Part shown: piece by piece, positions 41,325 through 49,781 of the stretch
Layout: every line of letters starts with the position of its first letter
How positions within the stretch are numbered: position 1 is the stretch's first letter
Origin: a virus
Virus record (IMG/VR): IMGVR_UViG_3300045988_103986
Location: 32,001 to 96,000 of that record
Reading direction: 5' to 3' (one strand)
DNA: 64,000 nucleotides
Made by a program: the position numbers and the translations under genes
The notes under the pieces: model-generated
What the model saw: only the letters and a program-made list of their open reading frames with translations
Told to the model about the DNA's origin: nothing
Database searches by the model: none

Positions 41325-42455
41325 TTAGGTCGAAGTGACCTCGACCTCGCAGGTGTCCTTGAACGTGGACTCGCCTGCGGTATAGCTGACCTCAACCGTG
41401 AAGTCACCGGCAGTAGCGCCGGCGGTAATCAGACCAGTGTTTGCACCAACGGTCGTACCGTCGGGAGCGCCAGTCGCGGTATAGGTGAAGGTATTCGCGT
41501 CGCCCTTGACCAGTTCGCCATTCTTCATGGCGATACGGGGCTGCATCTGATAGGTGGTGGACGCCTTGAGGGAAATGCCGCCGATGTTGGCAACAACGCC
41601 CTCGATCTCTTCCTCACCAGAAGCGCACGGCTGGTAGATGTAGTACGCAAGGTCACTGCCCGCGCCGGCGCATTCGTCGCAGCCATCGGTGATGACGTCC
41701 GGGTCATAAGCGATAGCCTGACCAGACAGAGACGTGGTGTCGTTGTTGGTCTGGTCGCCGGTAATGCCGCCGTTTGCGCCAAACTTCAGGGACGGGATGA
41801 TGATGTACAGCGTGCCAACACGAGTGCCCTCGTTCTGAGAGGAACCAGCAGACGTGGAGAAGACCGCCACAGTCGCAATGAAGTGAACGACCTTCGGGTC
41901 CATAGCCGTGGTGATGGTGGCAATCTGCGCAGTGGCCTTGTTGACGAAGTAGAAGACCTTGTAAGTCTTACCCGTAGTCGCGGTGAAACCGGAAACTGCG
42001 CCGTCAGTCGGGTTGATGTCATAGGCAACACCACCGGTTGCGACCGGGGACGCAGCGCCGACTTCCTGGACATAGCAGAAGATCTTGGAGAAGCCCTTCT
42101 GCGCGACCGGCGTGCCTTCCTTGAGATCGATGGACAGTGAAGCAGTTGTAGCCGTGATAGTCTGGCACACCATGACCGGCGCGTTGTGCTGCAGCATTGC
42201 GCCCATCTGCGCTGCCTTCGCCCAGAGGTTGAAGTCGGCAGCAGTGAACTCGACGTTGACAGAAGCGTCGGAAGGAAGCGTGGTTGCGATAGCGTTGCCA
42301 AGGCCAGCGCGGATTTCGCCGATGGTGACGCTCGGCGTCACGTTACCGGTCTGGAACTTGTTGGAGAAGTAAAGAATCTGGCCGGTAGTCTTGTCCGTAC
42401 AGATTGCTTCGCCGATGCCCTTCGCGTAAAGGCGGGAGTCAGTAAAACGAATCAT
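41325..42455 (-). CDS. putative major tail (tube) protein with C-terminal Ig-like domain
   Basis: 376 aa upstream of the tape measure. The C-terminus FTYTATGAPDGTTVGANTGLITAGATAGDFTVEVSY is Big_2-like. The call rests mainly on position. Confidence 0.5.
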   Translation of the reverse strand: MIRFTDSRLYAKGIGEAICTDKTTGQILYFSNKFQTGNVTPSVTIGEIRAGLGNAIATTLPSDASVNVEFTAADFNLWAKAAQMGAMLQHNAPVMVCQTITATTASLSIDLKEGTPVAQKGFSKIFCYVQEVGAASPVATGGVAYDINPTDGAVSGFTATTGKTYKVFYFVNKATAQIATITTAMDPKVVHFIATVAVFSTSAGSSQNEGTRVGTLYIIIPSLKFGANGGITGDQTNNDTTSLSGQAIAYDPDVITDGCDECAGAGSDLAYYIYQPCASGEEEIEGVVANIGGISLKASTTYQMQPRIAMKNGELVKGDANTFTYTATGAPDGTTVGANTGLITAGATAGDFTVEVSYTAGESTFKDTCEVEVTST

Positions 42456-42498
42456 TCTTTTGTCACTCCTTTGTGTGTTTCAAAAAGATGTTTGTGTG

Positions 42499-43332
42499 TT
42501 ATGTGGTCTTGTTTCCTGCATTCTGGACAGCCCGCATACCAGCTCCTCCAGCGAACGTTGACATATCAATCAATCCGCCGCAGTAGTCGATCTCACGGTC
42601 ATACAGAGGGCTCGGGTACGGGTTTCCATGCTTCCATTTCCCGCCCTGCGACTCTGCAAAACTGCATGTGATATACCCAACGAGCCGCTGCACTGCATCA
42701 CGTCTGCACATCAGCTTCAAGATCGGCCAGTTTTCCATTTCCGACTCGTCTGCGCCGGAGACCGTCGCGATTGTCGCTTTCAGTGCTTTCACGTCGTAGA
42801 TCAGTTTGGGCGCATTCATCTCCGCAAGGTCTCGTTCCGCCTGCACCAACTCAGGGTTGGCATTCTCAGATACCAGATCAATGCCGTTCTGAGCTGCCAA
42901 AATTGGCCGCAGACGCTGAAACTGCATAGGGGTGATTCTTTTGACTTCCCTGCCTGCGAAGACAAGCACGCTTTTCAGACGCATTGGGTCTTTCTCATTC
43001 GGTTCAAGCTCCACAAGCTCCATCCGTTTTTCGGCCGTTAAGCCTTCCCCTGCTTGCAGCGCAAGCAGAAGAAACAGGATGCTCTTGTAGAAAAGCCCGC
43101 TTCCGGGCTGTCCGTTTGCTGCCGCGTCAAGCTCCATCTGGTAGTACGCCTGCAAAAGAGGCTTAGACAGCAGCGCCACAGGGAGACTCTGCTGCATAAA
43201 CTCGATGGCTGGCCTTGCCATGGTGAATTCGTTGATTTCCTTGACGCAGATTGGATATAGGGTCAAGCCTTCGGTCTCGATTGGTTCAAATCGCCGAACA
43301 GCCTTTGCCATCTTTGGAGAAAGGTCTTGCAT
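42499..43332 (-). CDS. hypothetical structural-module protein
   Basis: 277-aa ORF, the first gene after leader element 43365-43444. Confidence 0.5.
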   Translation of the reverse strand: MQDLSPKMAKAVRRFEPIETEGLTLYPICVKEINEFTMARPAIEFMQQSLPVALLSKPLLQAYYQMELDAAANGQPGSGLFYKSILFLLLALQAGEGLTAEKRMELVELEPNEKDPMRLKSVLVFAGREVKRITPMQFQRLRPILAAQNGIDLVSENANPELVQAERDLAEMNAPKLIYDVKALKATIATVSGADESEMENWPILKLMCRRDAVQRLVGYITCSFAESQGGKWKHGNPYPSPLYDREIDYCGGLIDMSTFAGGAGMRAVQNAGNKTT

Positions 43333-43364
43333 TTTTTATTCCTCGCCTTTCTGGTTGCCGTATG

Positions 43365-43444
43365 AAAACGAAAAAGAGCCGCAAACGCAGTTTTTCTGCG
43401 TTCACAGCTCCACTAGCTCTTCCTCGCCGCCACTTCGGCGCGGG
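43365..43444 (-). promoter_or_regulatory. module-leader element, copy 2 (contains the exact 18-mer GGAAGAGCTAGTGGAGCT)
   Basis: Minus strand: cgcgccgaagtggcggcg-ag-GGAAGAGCTAGTGGAGCT-gtgaacgcag-aaaaa-ctgcgtttgcggctc-tttttcgttttc. The 18-mer (+ strand 43406-43423) is identical to 63701-63718. Confidence 0.45.
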
Positions 43445-43461
43445 TCAAATATTGTTCTGTG

Positions 43462-44148
43462 CTATTCCTCTGGCAAATCCATCTCCGAGTCGCACCACTC
43501 AACGCTCATGTGTGGCATACGACCGACGTGGTTGCCATAGTCGAAGATACTCTTGCTGCCGTTATCGGCATGAGCATACCGGTCGAAGTCGATAACGCCG
43601 ATGCCGGTAATGTTTACGCCGTGCAGGGCCTCGATGATGCACTGCTCGATGTTATACGCTCTGGAATAGGCATCAGTCCGCGTGGTATTCTCCATGTTGA
43701 CATTCACAAGGACCTCAAACTGCAGGCCGAGGACCGTATGGAAATTATCTTTTGCAATCGTGCGGCCCATGTAGAGTTTCAGTATCGTATCCGCCTCTGT
43801 ATCGCTCTGACCCCAGACTCTCTGCGGATAGATGCGATATCCTTTCGGGTGCCGTTCTTTCTCTTCCTGCGTGTTGAGCACGGGATTGTCCCCATCAAAC
43901 AGCATGGACAGCTTTTCAGCCGGCGTAGGCAGCGGATTCGCCAACGGCCTAGCGCCATCGTGCCACAGATACTTCATCAGCCGCACGCGGGCGCGGTCGT
44001 TGTCATCAACCGGCATGTACCCCGGCAGAGGAAGGTCCATCAGATACTTTAAAATCTTGATGGGGATTTCCTCTGTGCCACGAAGCCTGTTGAAACCCGG
44101 ACTGACGCGGCTATAGGGATAAGTGTCCGAGTTCACCGATACCGCCAT
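43462..44148 (-). CDS. hypothetical structural-module protein
   Basis: 228-aa ORF, contiguous with 44150-44728. Confidence 0.5.
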   Translation of the reverse strand: MAVSVNSDTYPYSRVSPGFNRLRGTEEIPIKILKYLMDLPLPGYMPVDDNDRARVRLMKYLWHDGARPLANPLPTPAEKLSMLFDGDNPVLNTQEEKERHPKGYRIYPQRVWGQSDTEADTILKLYMGRTIAKDNFHTVLGLQFEVLVNVNMENTTRTDAYSRAYNIEQCIIEALHGVNITGIGVIDFDRYAHADNGSKSIFDYGNHVGRMPHMSVEWCDSEMDLPEE

Positions 44149-44149
44149 A

Positions 44150-44728
44150 TCAAGCTCCCTCCGGCTGTTTCTTCCGGCTTTCCATGTAGTCAGCGAATGC
44201 CTTCTGCGCGTCCTTCAGCTCGTTCAGCGCGCCGCTGACAGCCTCTGGCGTGGTCTGCTGCTGCAGCGCCATGATGATGCGTGTGACCGGCTCGTTCATG
44301 ACCTGCGTGAGGCCGTAGATTTCGGTATTCAGCCGCTTTTCGAGGTCGCGCATATCTGCAACCACGTCAAATGCCTTATCCCGAACCTCTCCGTCGTAGC
44401 GCTTCAGGCGCTCAATCTGGTTCATGATGTGGCTCGCGGCAAAGCGGTCGAAATCCGGAGTTGACATAATCCAAGGATTCTTCTCTGACTCGAATGCCTC
44501 GCCCAAGTAGAGCTTCGCATATGCCGCCATGAGCACACGACTCTTGATTGCCGTGTTTTCTTTATAGAGCGGCGGCATCGGCATACTGTCCAGTCCGCTA
44601 TCAATCTTCAGCTCCACGCGGTCAAAGCAAAGATCCGCCGCCTCTTTGACGAGCTGCATCTTCTCAAGCAGCGGAACATAGTCCGGCATCTGCATGAGTT
44701 TTTCCTTCGTAATAACGATCTTTTCCAT
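44150..44728 (-). CDS. hypothetical structural-module protein
   Basis: 192-aa helical ORF. Confidence 0.5.
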   Translation of the reverse strand: MEKIVITKEKLMQMPDYVPLLEKMQLVKEAADLCFDRVELKIDSGLDSMPMPPLYKENTAIKSRVLMAAYAKLYLGEAFESEKNPWIMSTPDFDRFAASHIMNQIERLKRYDGEVRDKAFDVVADMRDLEKRLNTEIYGLTQVMNEPVTRIIMALQQQTTPEAVSGALNELKDAQKAFADYMESRKKQPEGA

Positions 44729-44772
44729 ACCTTCACGACTCCTTTCGGTTGTATGGCTCAGTTTATTGTATG

Positions 44773-44949
44773 CTAGGTTTTAATCTTGCAGTGGGCTTCT
44801 CCGTCGGAAACCTCCCACTTTTTTGTCCTTGCGCACAAATATTGATGTGCGCACCAATCATGTCGTTCGCCTTTTTCTGTAAGATACCGGCAATGCAGAC
44901 TCACGTCGCCGTTTTTACGGTAGGCGTATTCGCAGTAATGTGCGCCCAT
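44773..44949 (-). CDS. small Cys/His-rich protein, 58 aa (below the ORF-track cutoff)
   Basis: Hand translation MGAHYCEYAYRKNGDVSLHCRYLTEKGERHDWCAHQYLCARTKKWEVSDGEAHCKIKT. Weak RBS ggaagga. Confidence 0.4.
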   Translation of the reverse strand: MGAHYCEYAYRKNGDVSLHCRYLTEKGERHDWCAHQYLCARTKKWEVSDGEAHCKIKT

Positions 44950-44958
44950 GTTTTCTTC

Positions 44959-45383
44959 TCATCCTTCCGTGATATCCGCTCTGTAAGAGTAACGGTAAAA
45001 CTTCACAGTGACGTCTTTTTTCAGGACGTACTCGTAGTTTATAAAGCTTTTCTGTTCAGCGACTTTGTTCCCGTTTAAATACACAGAGCAGTTTGCTTTG
45101 TCTGCATTCGATATGATGATGCTGATTTTGGCCCCAGAAGGCAGCACTACACTTTCAGAAAACAAGTATTGGTTGTTGTAGTTCACCCACATATAATACG
45201 TAGAGCCGCCATTCCAGCCGTCTACGACTGTAAGAATCACTTCTTTTGGCGCGAATGCGATCTCATATGTGGTCCCCTCGACCTGCGTCCACCCCCCCCG
45301 ATATGGAATATAGTTCCATCTACGAGGTTGGTCCCGCCGGTGATGTCATAGCTCGTACCGGCGATTATGGTTTTATGGCTCAT
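44959..45383 (-). CDS. cassette paralog P6 (beta-type leader), frame broken at a G8 tract
   Basis: RBS ggagg, then ATG 45383: MSHKTIIAGTSYDITGGTNLVDGTIFHIGGG. The tract is the + strand C8 at 45292-45299. The long downstream ORF (WTQVEGTTYEIAF...ILTVVDGWNGG...) needs 9 (or 6) G to be in frame. Confidence 0.6.
45292..45299 (-). repeat. G8 homopolymer (C8 on + strand) in P6
   Basis: Counted directly: accccccccg. Confidence 0.95.
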
Positions 45384-45410
45384 GTTGCCTCCTAGTTCGC
45401 GCTTTGTTTT

Positions 45411-45877
45411 TCATTCTGTGACGTATGTGTTGTAAACATCTATAGCAATTGCACCGTCTCCCCATGGGTTTGCCGTCTGAATAGAGTCATAAAGCGTAAC
45501 GGTCACGTCTGAATTTACTGTGTAATCGTACCAAAGCACGCTGCTGCTAGAGTCGGCTTTACGGACGTTGTTTATAAAAACTGATCCGGTATGATTGTAT
45601 TCTCCGCCGTACTTCAACTGAATGACTTCGCCTTTTTCCACTGTCAGGGTTTTCGGCGCAGAGTACAGGGTGCCGTTATACTTTACCCGATTGGTATTGT
45701 AGCCCGAACCGCCGTTAACGATCGTTACCGTCACGTACTCGGTTTTCTTCAGTACGATATCGACGGCTGTCCCATCAATCAACGTTTTGCCTTGTTCAAT
45801 TGAATATACCGTTCCACCAATGAGGGCTTTACCCCCCCCACTTGGTAATTAGTACCATTCACAAGTGCATTTGCCAT
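45411..45877 (-). CDS. cassette paralog P5 (alpha-type leader), frame broken at a G8 tract
   Basis: ATG 45877: MANALVNGTNYQV, then G8 (45832-45839). The downstream frame GKALIGGTVYSIEQGKTLIDGTAVDIVLKK... needs 9 (or 6) G. Confidence 0.6.
45832..45839 (-). repeat. G8 homopolymer in P5
   Basis: Counted directly: acccccccca. Confidence 0.95.
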
Positions 45878-46338
45878 CATGCCACCTCAGTGAAATACTG
45901 GCCGATCAGCTCGTGCGGGAGATACTGCAGGGTGATCTTGTCGCCGGCCGTTGCGCCGGTGCGCTCGCAGAGGTAGAGTTTGCTGTCTTCCGGGTCGGTA
46001 TAGTACAGGCCGTAGGTGTACTCCATGCCTCTGGACGCCGGGATCGGGTCTTCCCGCGTGCCGGCGTGCTGCTCATCGATGACGGTGAAGAGCGCAGGAG
46101 TCTTATCCGGCTCCCAGCCGGTTTGAGTGGTGTGGCCCTGGCCTTTGTTGACGCGGTACAGCTTGTCCACGCCGTCGGTCGCGAAGACGAGCCGGTCGCC
46201 GGGCTTGACCACCATATCGGGGGCCCAGCGGGCGTAGAGTTCCTTCGCCTGCAGCGCGTCTGCGTCATCCAGATATGCAGACGCCTTCACGATGAATGGG
46301 CGCAGGGCCCGTGCGCGTTCGGTGTATGTAGTAGCCAT
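45877..46338 (-). CDS. hypothetical protein (unrelated to the cassette paralogs)
   Basis: 153-aa intact ORF whose stop overlaps the P5 start. Confidence 0.6.
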   Translation of the reverse strand: MATTYTERARALRPFIVKASAYLDDADALQAKELYARWAPDMVVKPGDRLVFATDGVDKLYRVNKGQGHTTQTGWEPDKTPALFTVIDEQHAGTREDPIPASRGMEYTYGLYYTDPEDSKLYLCERTGATAGDKITLQYLPHELIGQYFTEVA

Positions 46339-46730
46339 TATTCTGCCTCCCCCATCAAGATTTTTGCCGCCTGTTCGGCGTCCGCTGCCTGCTCGCGGGC
46401 AAGCTCAAGTTCGGTCTTTTTGCCCATCTTCGCCGTCACGGTCCCGTCTCGATTATCGGTAATAGGGCCTGCGACAGCGTAGTCGGCGTTGTCCCATTCC
46501 TGCACCTGCTCCTCGGTCGCGCCGGTGGGGTTGCCGTCGGTGTCGTAGACGGGGACGGTATCGCGCTGGATGATGGACCAGCTCAGTCCGTCCACAAACA
46601 GCTGCGCGGCGGCAGCGTGGGTCATGGTCAGCGTGACGGCCTTGCTCTCGCGCCCGCCCCAGTCCCGGTCGGTGACTTTCCCGGCGATCGACGCCGGATA
46701 TTCGGTGTTATTTGTCTTAAAATAAATCAT
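46338..46730 (-). CDS. hypothetical protein (unrelated to the cassette paralogs)
   Basis: 130-aa intact ORF whose stop overlaps the next start. Confidence 0.6.
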   Translation of the reverse strand: MIYFKTNNTEYPASIAGKVTDRDWGGRESKAVTLTMTHAAAAQLFVDGLSWSIIQRDTVPVYDTDGNPTGATEEQVQEWDNADYAVAGPITDNRDGTVTAKMGKKTELELAREQAADAEQAAKILMGEAE

Positions 46731-46734
46731 GTTG

Positions 46735-47197
46735 TCATCCCTTTCTTTTCAGTATGACTGTGCAAACTATATAAGACGCTGCCATTGGCCACCCTATGTA
46801 GCTTGCTCCCGTTGAATATTTGGCGTTTATCGTCAGCTTCCCGTTTACAGTCGCGTTTTCTGTTATTTTATAATTGAGAAGTTCATATCCCGAGCTCATA
46901 GCATTGGTGTACGCTCTGTTAAACCTAATCGAATTTTCTATGGATGTTTTTACGGCTATGAAACGTGAAGATTGTTGTCCGAAAACAAAGTATTCAGCAA
47001 GATCGTATTTCGTCCAGTCAAACGCAGCATTTTCGAGCGTCATCACTTCCTTGCTGATCGACGTCGGGTTCATCTCAACAACAACCGTGTCGTTCACTTC
47101 GCGGGTAGCCATGATACTGTAGACTGTGCCGTCGATCATGACTTTACCCCCCCCCAACTTGGTAATTCGTACCATTTAAAAGTGCAACGTGTGCCAT
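46735..47197 (-). CDS. cassette paralog P3 (alpha-type leader), frame broken at a G9 tract
   Basis: RBS ggagga, then ATG 47197: MAHVALLNGTNYQV, then G9 (47147-47155). The downstream frame GKVMIDGTVYSIMATREV... needs 8 G. The track ORF start (ATGGTACGA) is an internal out-of-frame ATG. Confidence 0.6.
47147..47155 (-). repeat. G9 homopolymer in P3
   Basis: Counted directly: tttacccc|cccccaac. Confidence 0.95.
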
Positions 47198-47210
47198 GCT
47201 GATTCCTCCT

Positions 47211-47733
47211 TTATGCTGGCTCGAAAGATAAAACCTTCACATACGCGCTTAAATCGCCCAAGCACGGATTTATCATGTTGAAATTAGGTCTATAGGTTCC
47301 TTCTTTTGTCGCTTGTATAGTAAAAATCATTGATTTGTTGTCACTCGCCTCATGATAATCAGTGACACCATCGCCAGTAATGGTATTGCAGTTTCCTGTG
47401 ACCTGTAATTGCAAAATGCCAGGCGTCATCTGGATTGTCATCGAGTTTCTACTTAGATACACGTATTGCGCTTTCGAACCAAATGATACGCTCCCCTCCG
47501 TGCTCGGGTAAGTGAGCGTAGGCATTTGAATGTCTTTAGTGCTGTCGTATTGACTAAGCACGTAACGCCACGACATATCAATCGTGTACGATCCTTTTGA
47601 GAACAGGATGTCATACCTGGTCCCGTTTACAAGTGTGCGACCCCCCCCCGATTTGGAATATAGTTCCATCTACGAGGTTGGTCCCGCCGGTCACGTCGTA
47701 GCTCGTACCGGCGATTATGGTTTTATGGCTCAT
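47211..47733 (-). CDS. cassette paralog P2 (beta-type leader), frame broken at a G9 tract
   Basis: RBS ggagg, then ATG 47733: MSHKTIIAGTSYDVTGGTNLVDGTIFQI, then G9 (47641-47649). The downstream frame GRTLVNGTRYDILFSKGSY... needs 8 G. Confidence 0.6.
47641..47649 (-). repeat. G9 homopolymer in P2
   Basis: Counted directly: gcga|cccccccccg. Confidence 0.95.
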
Positions 47734-48184
47734 GTTTTTGCCTCCAAGACGATGGTGTATATGCTACCCTCAACAAGTAAATTTGCAGATGGGAGCGCTG
47801 GGAGCACCGCTTTTCCGTTTTGTGAAAAATTGAACATTGATGTTACACTTGGGCTATCTGCAGATGAGACACCGCTGTAATGTCCGCCGGAAACTATTCC
47901 ATTCATTTTCTGATAATTTTTCTCATACACAATTAAGACCGTCACTCCGGTCATATTGTAATATCCGGCAGTTGCGTACAGCGCTTGCACGACTTCATAT
48001 TTGTCGTAATCCAAGCGTGCATCATTAACCGTGAAGCTGCCATTTACAGTAGACGGCAGTTTGCCAGTAACAACAATGGTCTTCTCCACTTCCTTGGTCG
48101 TCATGATCGAGTAGGCCGTTCCATCAATGAGAGCTTTACCCCCCCCACTTGGTAATTCGTGCCATTTACAAGTGCATTTGCCAT
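47730..48184 (-). CDS. cassette paralog P1 (alpha-type leader), frame broken at a G8 tract
   Basis: RBS gaggtg, then ATG 48184: MANALVNGTNYQV, then G8 (48139-48146). The downstream frame GKALIDGTAYSIMTTKEVEK... needs 9 (or 6) G. Confidence 0.6.
48139..48146 (-). repeat. G8 homopolymer in P1
   Basis: Counted directly: tttacc|ccccccactt. Confidence 0.95.
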
Positions 48185-48193
48185 AATTTCACC

Positions 48194-48574
48194 TCATGTT
48201 GCATCCGATTTCGGAATAGCGATATAGTAGTAGGTAGAGCCATTGTAACTGTCATTAAAATACGCGGCACTTGAAGCTGAATTTGCTTTTAACGTTACCG
48301 ACTTTCCATCCCACACGACCGTTCCCAATCTATCAAAAGACGTATTTCCACTACGTTGTCCGGTTAAGCCTGTTTCTCCATTTATCAGTTCAATCTCAGA
48401 TTCAAGATACCCAGAACTGATCCAATGAATTTTAAAAAGGGCTAGTTCAAAGTCAAAAGCAAATGTTCGGCTTAAATTTCCATTTCCTTTATAAGACCCG
48501 ATAACTGCGCCTTTGTCACCGCTTCCTCCGCCTATTGTATATATGGTTCCGTTGACTAAAGTCTTACCGCTCAT
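48194..48574 (-). CDS. cassette paralog P0 (intact; Gly linker encoded by mixed codons)
   Basis: RBS ggagga, then ATG 48574: MSGKTLVNGTIYTIGGGSGDKG... The GGGSG is encoded as ggcggaggaagcggt, with no homopolymer. Confidence 0.7.
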   Translation of the reverse strand: MSGKTLVNGTIYTIGGGSGDKGAVIGSYKGNGNLSRTFAFDFELALFKIHWISSGYLESEIELINGETGLTGQRSGNTSFDRLGTVVWDGKSVTLKANSASSAAYFNDSYNGSTYYYIAIPKSDAT

Positions 48575-48592
48575 TACATATATCCTCCACAA

Positions 48593-49759
48593 TCACTCAT
48601 ATTGCCAAGCAATGGTTCCGTTGATGGAAGGCGTCGTCTCTGCTGAGAACAGTGCCTCGCCACGGGCCATGTAGGTCGTATAGTTGCTATCCGCAATATT
48701 TACTGCATTATTACGATTAAGCGCCGTATTGATATTGCTAGTCGTTGCTGCGCCCACATCGGCCGCAGAAAGTGACACCACGCCGGTCTTATTGTTGACA
48801 CTGGTTACAGGGGCAGATTTAATATAATCCACACCTTCTTCAGCGATTTCCCATGCGGTTGGAACGCCACTGGAATCTACAGATTTTACCTTAATAAGGT
48901 CTCCGACCGCCGCGCCGGACGAGATGAGCGTGTCTTGCTTCTTTGCAAGAGCTGTGTTGAGGTCGCTTTCCGTCTGGAATTTCGCATCGTTGTCGAGGTC
49001 AGAAGACTTTCCGCTGAATGCGACCGTCTTCAAATCCGAGAACCATTTTGCGATTTTTCCAAAGAGGACGGAAAGCTTGTCGCCGGAAGCGACGTTTTCG
49101 CGTACCGCCGCCTGTTCGAAAGTCGCAGTCGTCTCGGAAGAATCGCCAGTCTTCTTGAGGTAATCAGTGGTAACAAAGTCTTCCGTGGCGAGTTTCTTCG
49201 AGCCGTTGTCCATGCCGGTGCCGCTGGTAGATCCGACGTAGACGTCGCCGGCATACCATGCGTTGCCGTTCCAGTCCATCGTATGGGCGTTGGAGCGGTT
49301 CGAATTGGAAGTTCCATTGCCCACGATATGCTGATAAGTACCACGTCCGGAAGGCTCATTCCCAGACGGGTCCTGAACGTTGTACTCACCCTCTACATGC
49401 TGAGAGCGATTTGCTGCGACAGTTCCGGTCCCTTCGGCGTGTGCGGCCTGTCCGGAAGCCTCCGTGGAGGAACCTTCTGCATGAGAACAATCGCCAGAAG
49501 CCTTTGTGCCGCTGTTCTGCGCATGGGAAGCGCTGCCGGACGCGACTGCTCCGTTACCTTCTGCATGAGCACTGGCTGCGGATGCAGACGTACCGGAGCC
49601 AAACGCCGTCGCGTTTGCACCGGAAGCAGCTGCTGCACCCGCTTGCTTCAGCGCGCCAGCTCCGGCCCCGTTCTCAAGGTTCGTCGCAGTGGAGCGCTCT
49701 TCCACGTCTTTCTTGCGAGGAATCGATAAGTCCTCATTGTATTTCGTAAGGTTTCTCAT
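48593..49759 (-). CDS. tail fibre protein with YadA-head-like (Hep_Hag-type) repeats and SVNxKTGxVxL motif
   Basis: ASAHAEGNGAVASGSASHAQNSGTKASGDCSHAEGSSTEASGQAAHAEGTGT (repeating xAxGxxS units); ...VTSVNNKTGVVSLSAADVGA. Confidence 0.7.
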   Translation of the reverse strand: MRNLTKYNEDLSIPRKKDVEERSTATNLENGAGAGALKQAGAAAASGANATAFGSGTSASAASAHAEGNGAVASGSASHAQNSGTKASGDCSHAEGSSTEASGQAAHAEGTGTVAANRSQHVEGEYNVQDPSGNEPSGRGTYQHIVGNGTSNSNRSNAHTMDWNGNAWYAGDVYVGSTSGTGMDNGSKKLATEDFVTTDYLKKTGDSSETTATFEQAAVRENVASGDKLSVLFGKIAKWFSDLKTVAFSGKSSDLDNDAKFQTESDLNTALAKKQDTLISSGAAVGDLIKVKSVDSSGVPTAWEIAEEGVDYIKSAPVTSVNNKTGVVSLSAADVGAATTSNINTALNRNNAVNIADSNYTTYMARGEALFSAETTPSINGTIAWQYE

Positions 49760-49781
49760 GTGATTTCCTCCTACATGTTAA

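Noticed and set aside
35477-42140. Large plus-strand ORFs antisense to the tape measure and tube genes (229, 194, 379, 176, 427, 305 aa)
   Set aside because: They are shadow ORFs opposite long, well-supported minus-strand genes. Their translations are Arg/Leu/Cys-rich and they have no RBSs. The same applies to 27259-28056, 28448-29221, 29282-29935, 32884-33483, 43459-44052, 48935-49729, 51375-52685, 56720-57457, 57751-58425, 58975-59862, 59636-60307 and 63092-63751.
40745-42455. Canonical tail-assembly-chaperone pair with a -1 programmed frameshift between the tube and the tape measure
   Set aside because: Only one ORF (40745-41209) lies there. I could not find an overlapping -1 ORF or a slippery heptamer.
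44959-48184. Programmed ribosomal frameshifting as the sole explanation for the five broken paralogs
   Set aside because: Three genes need the equivalent of +1 nt and two need -1 nt. A single directional PRF mechanism does not fit. Slippage or phase variation, or homopolymer miscalls, remain the live alternatives.
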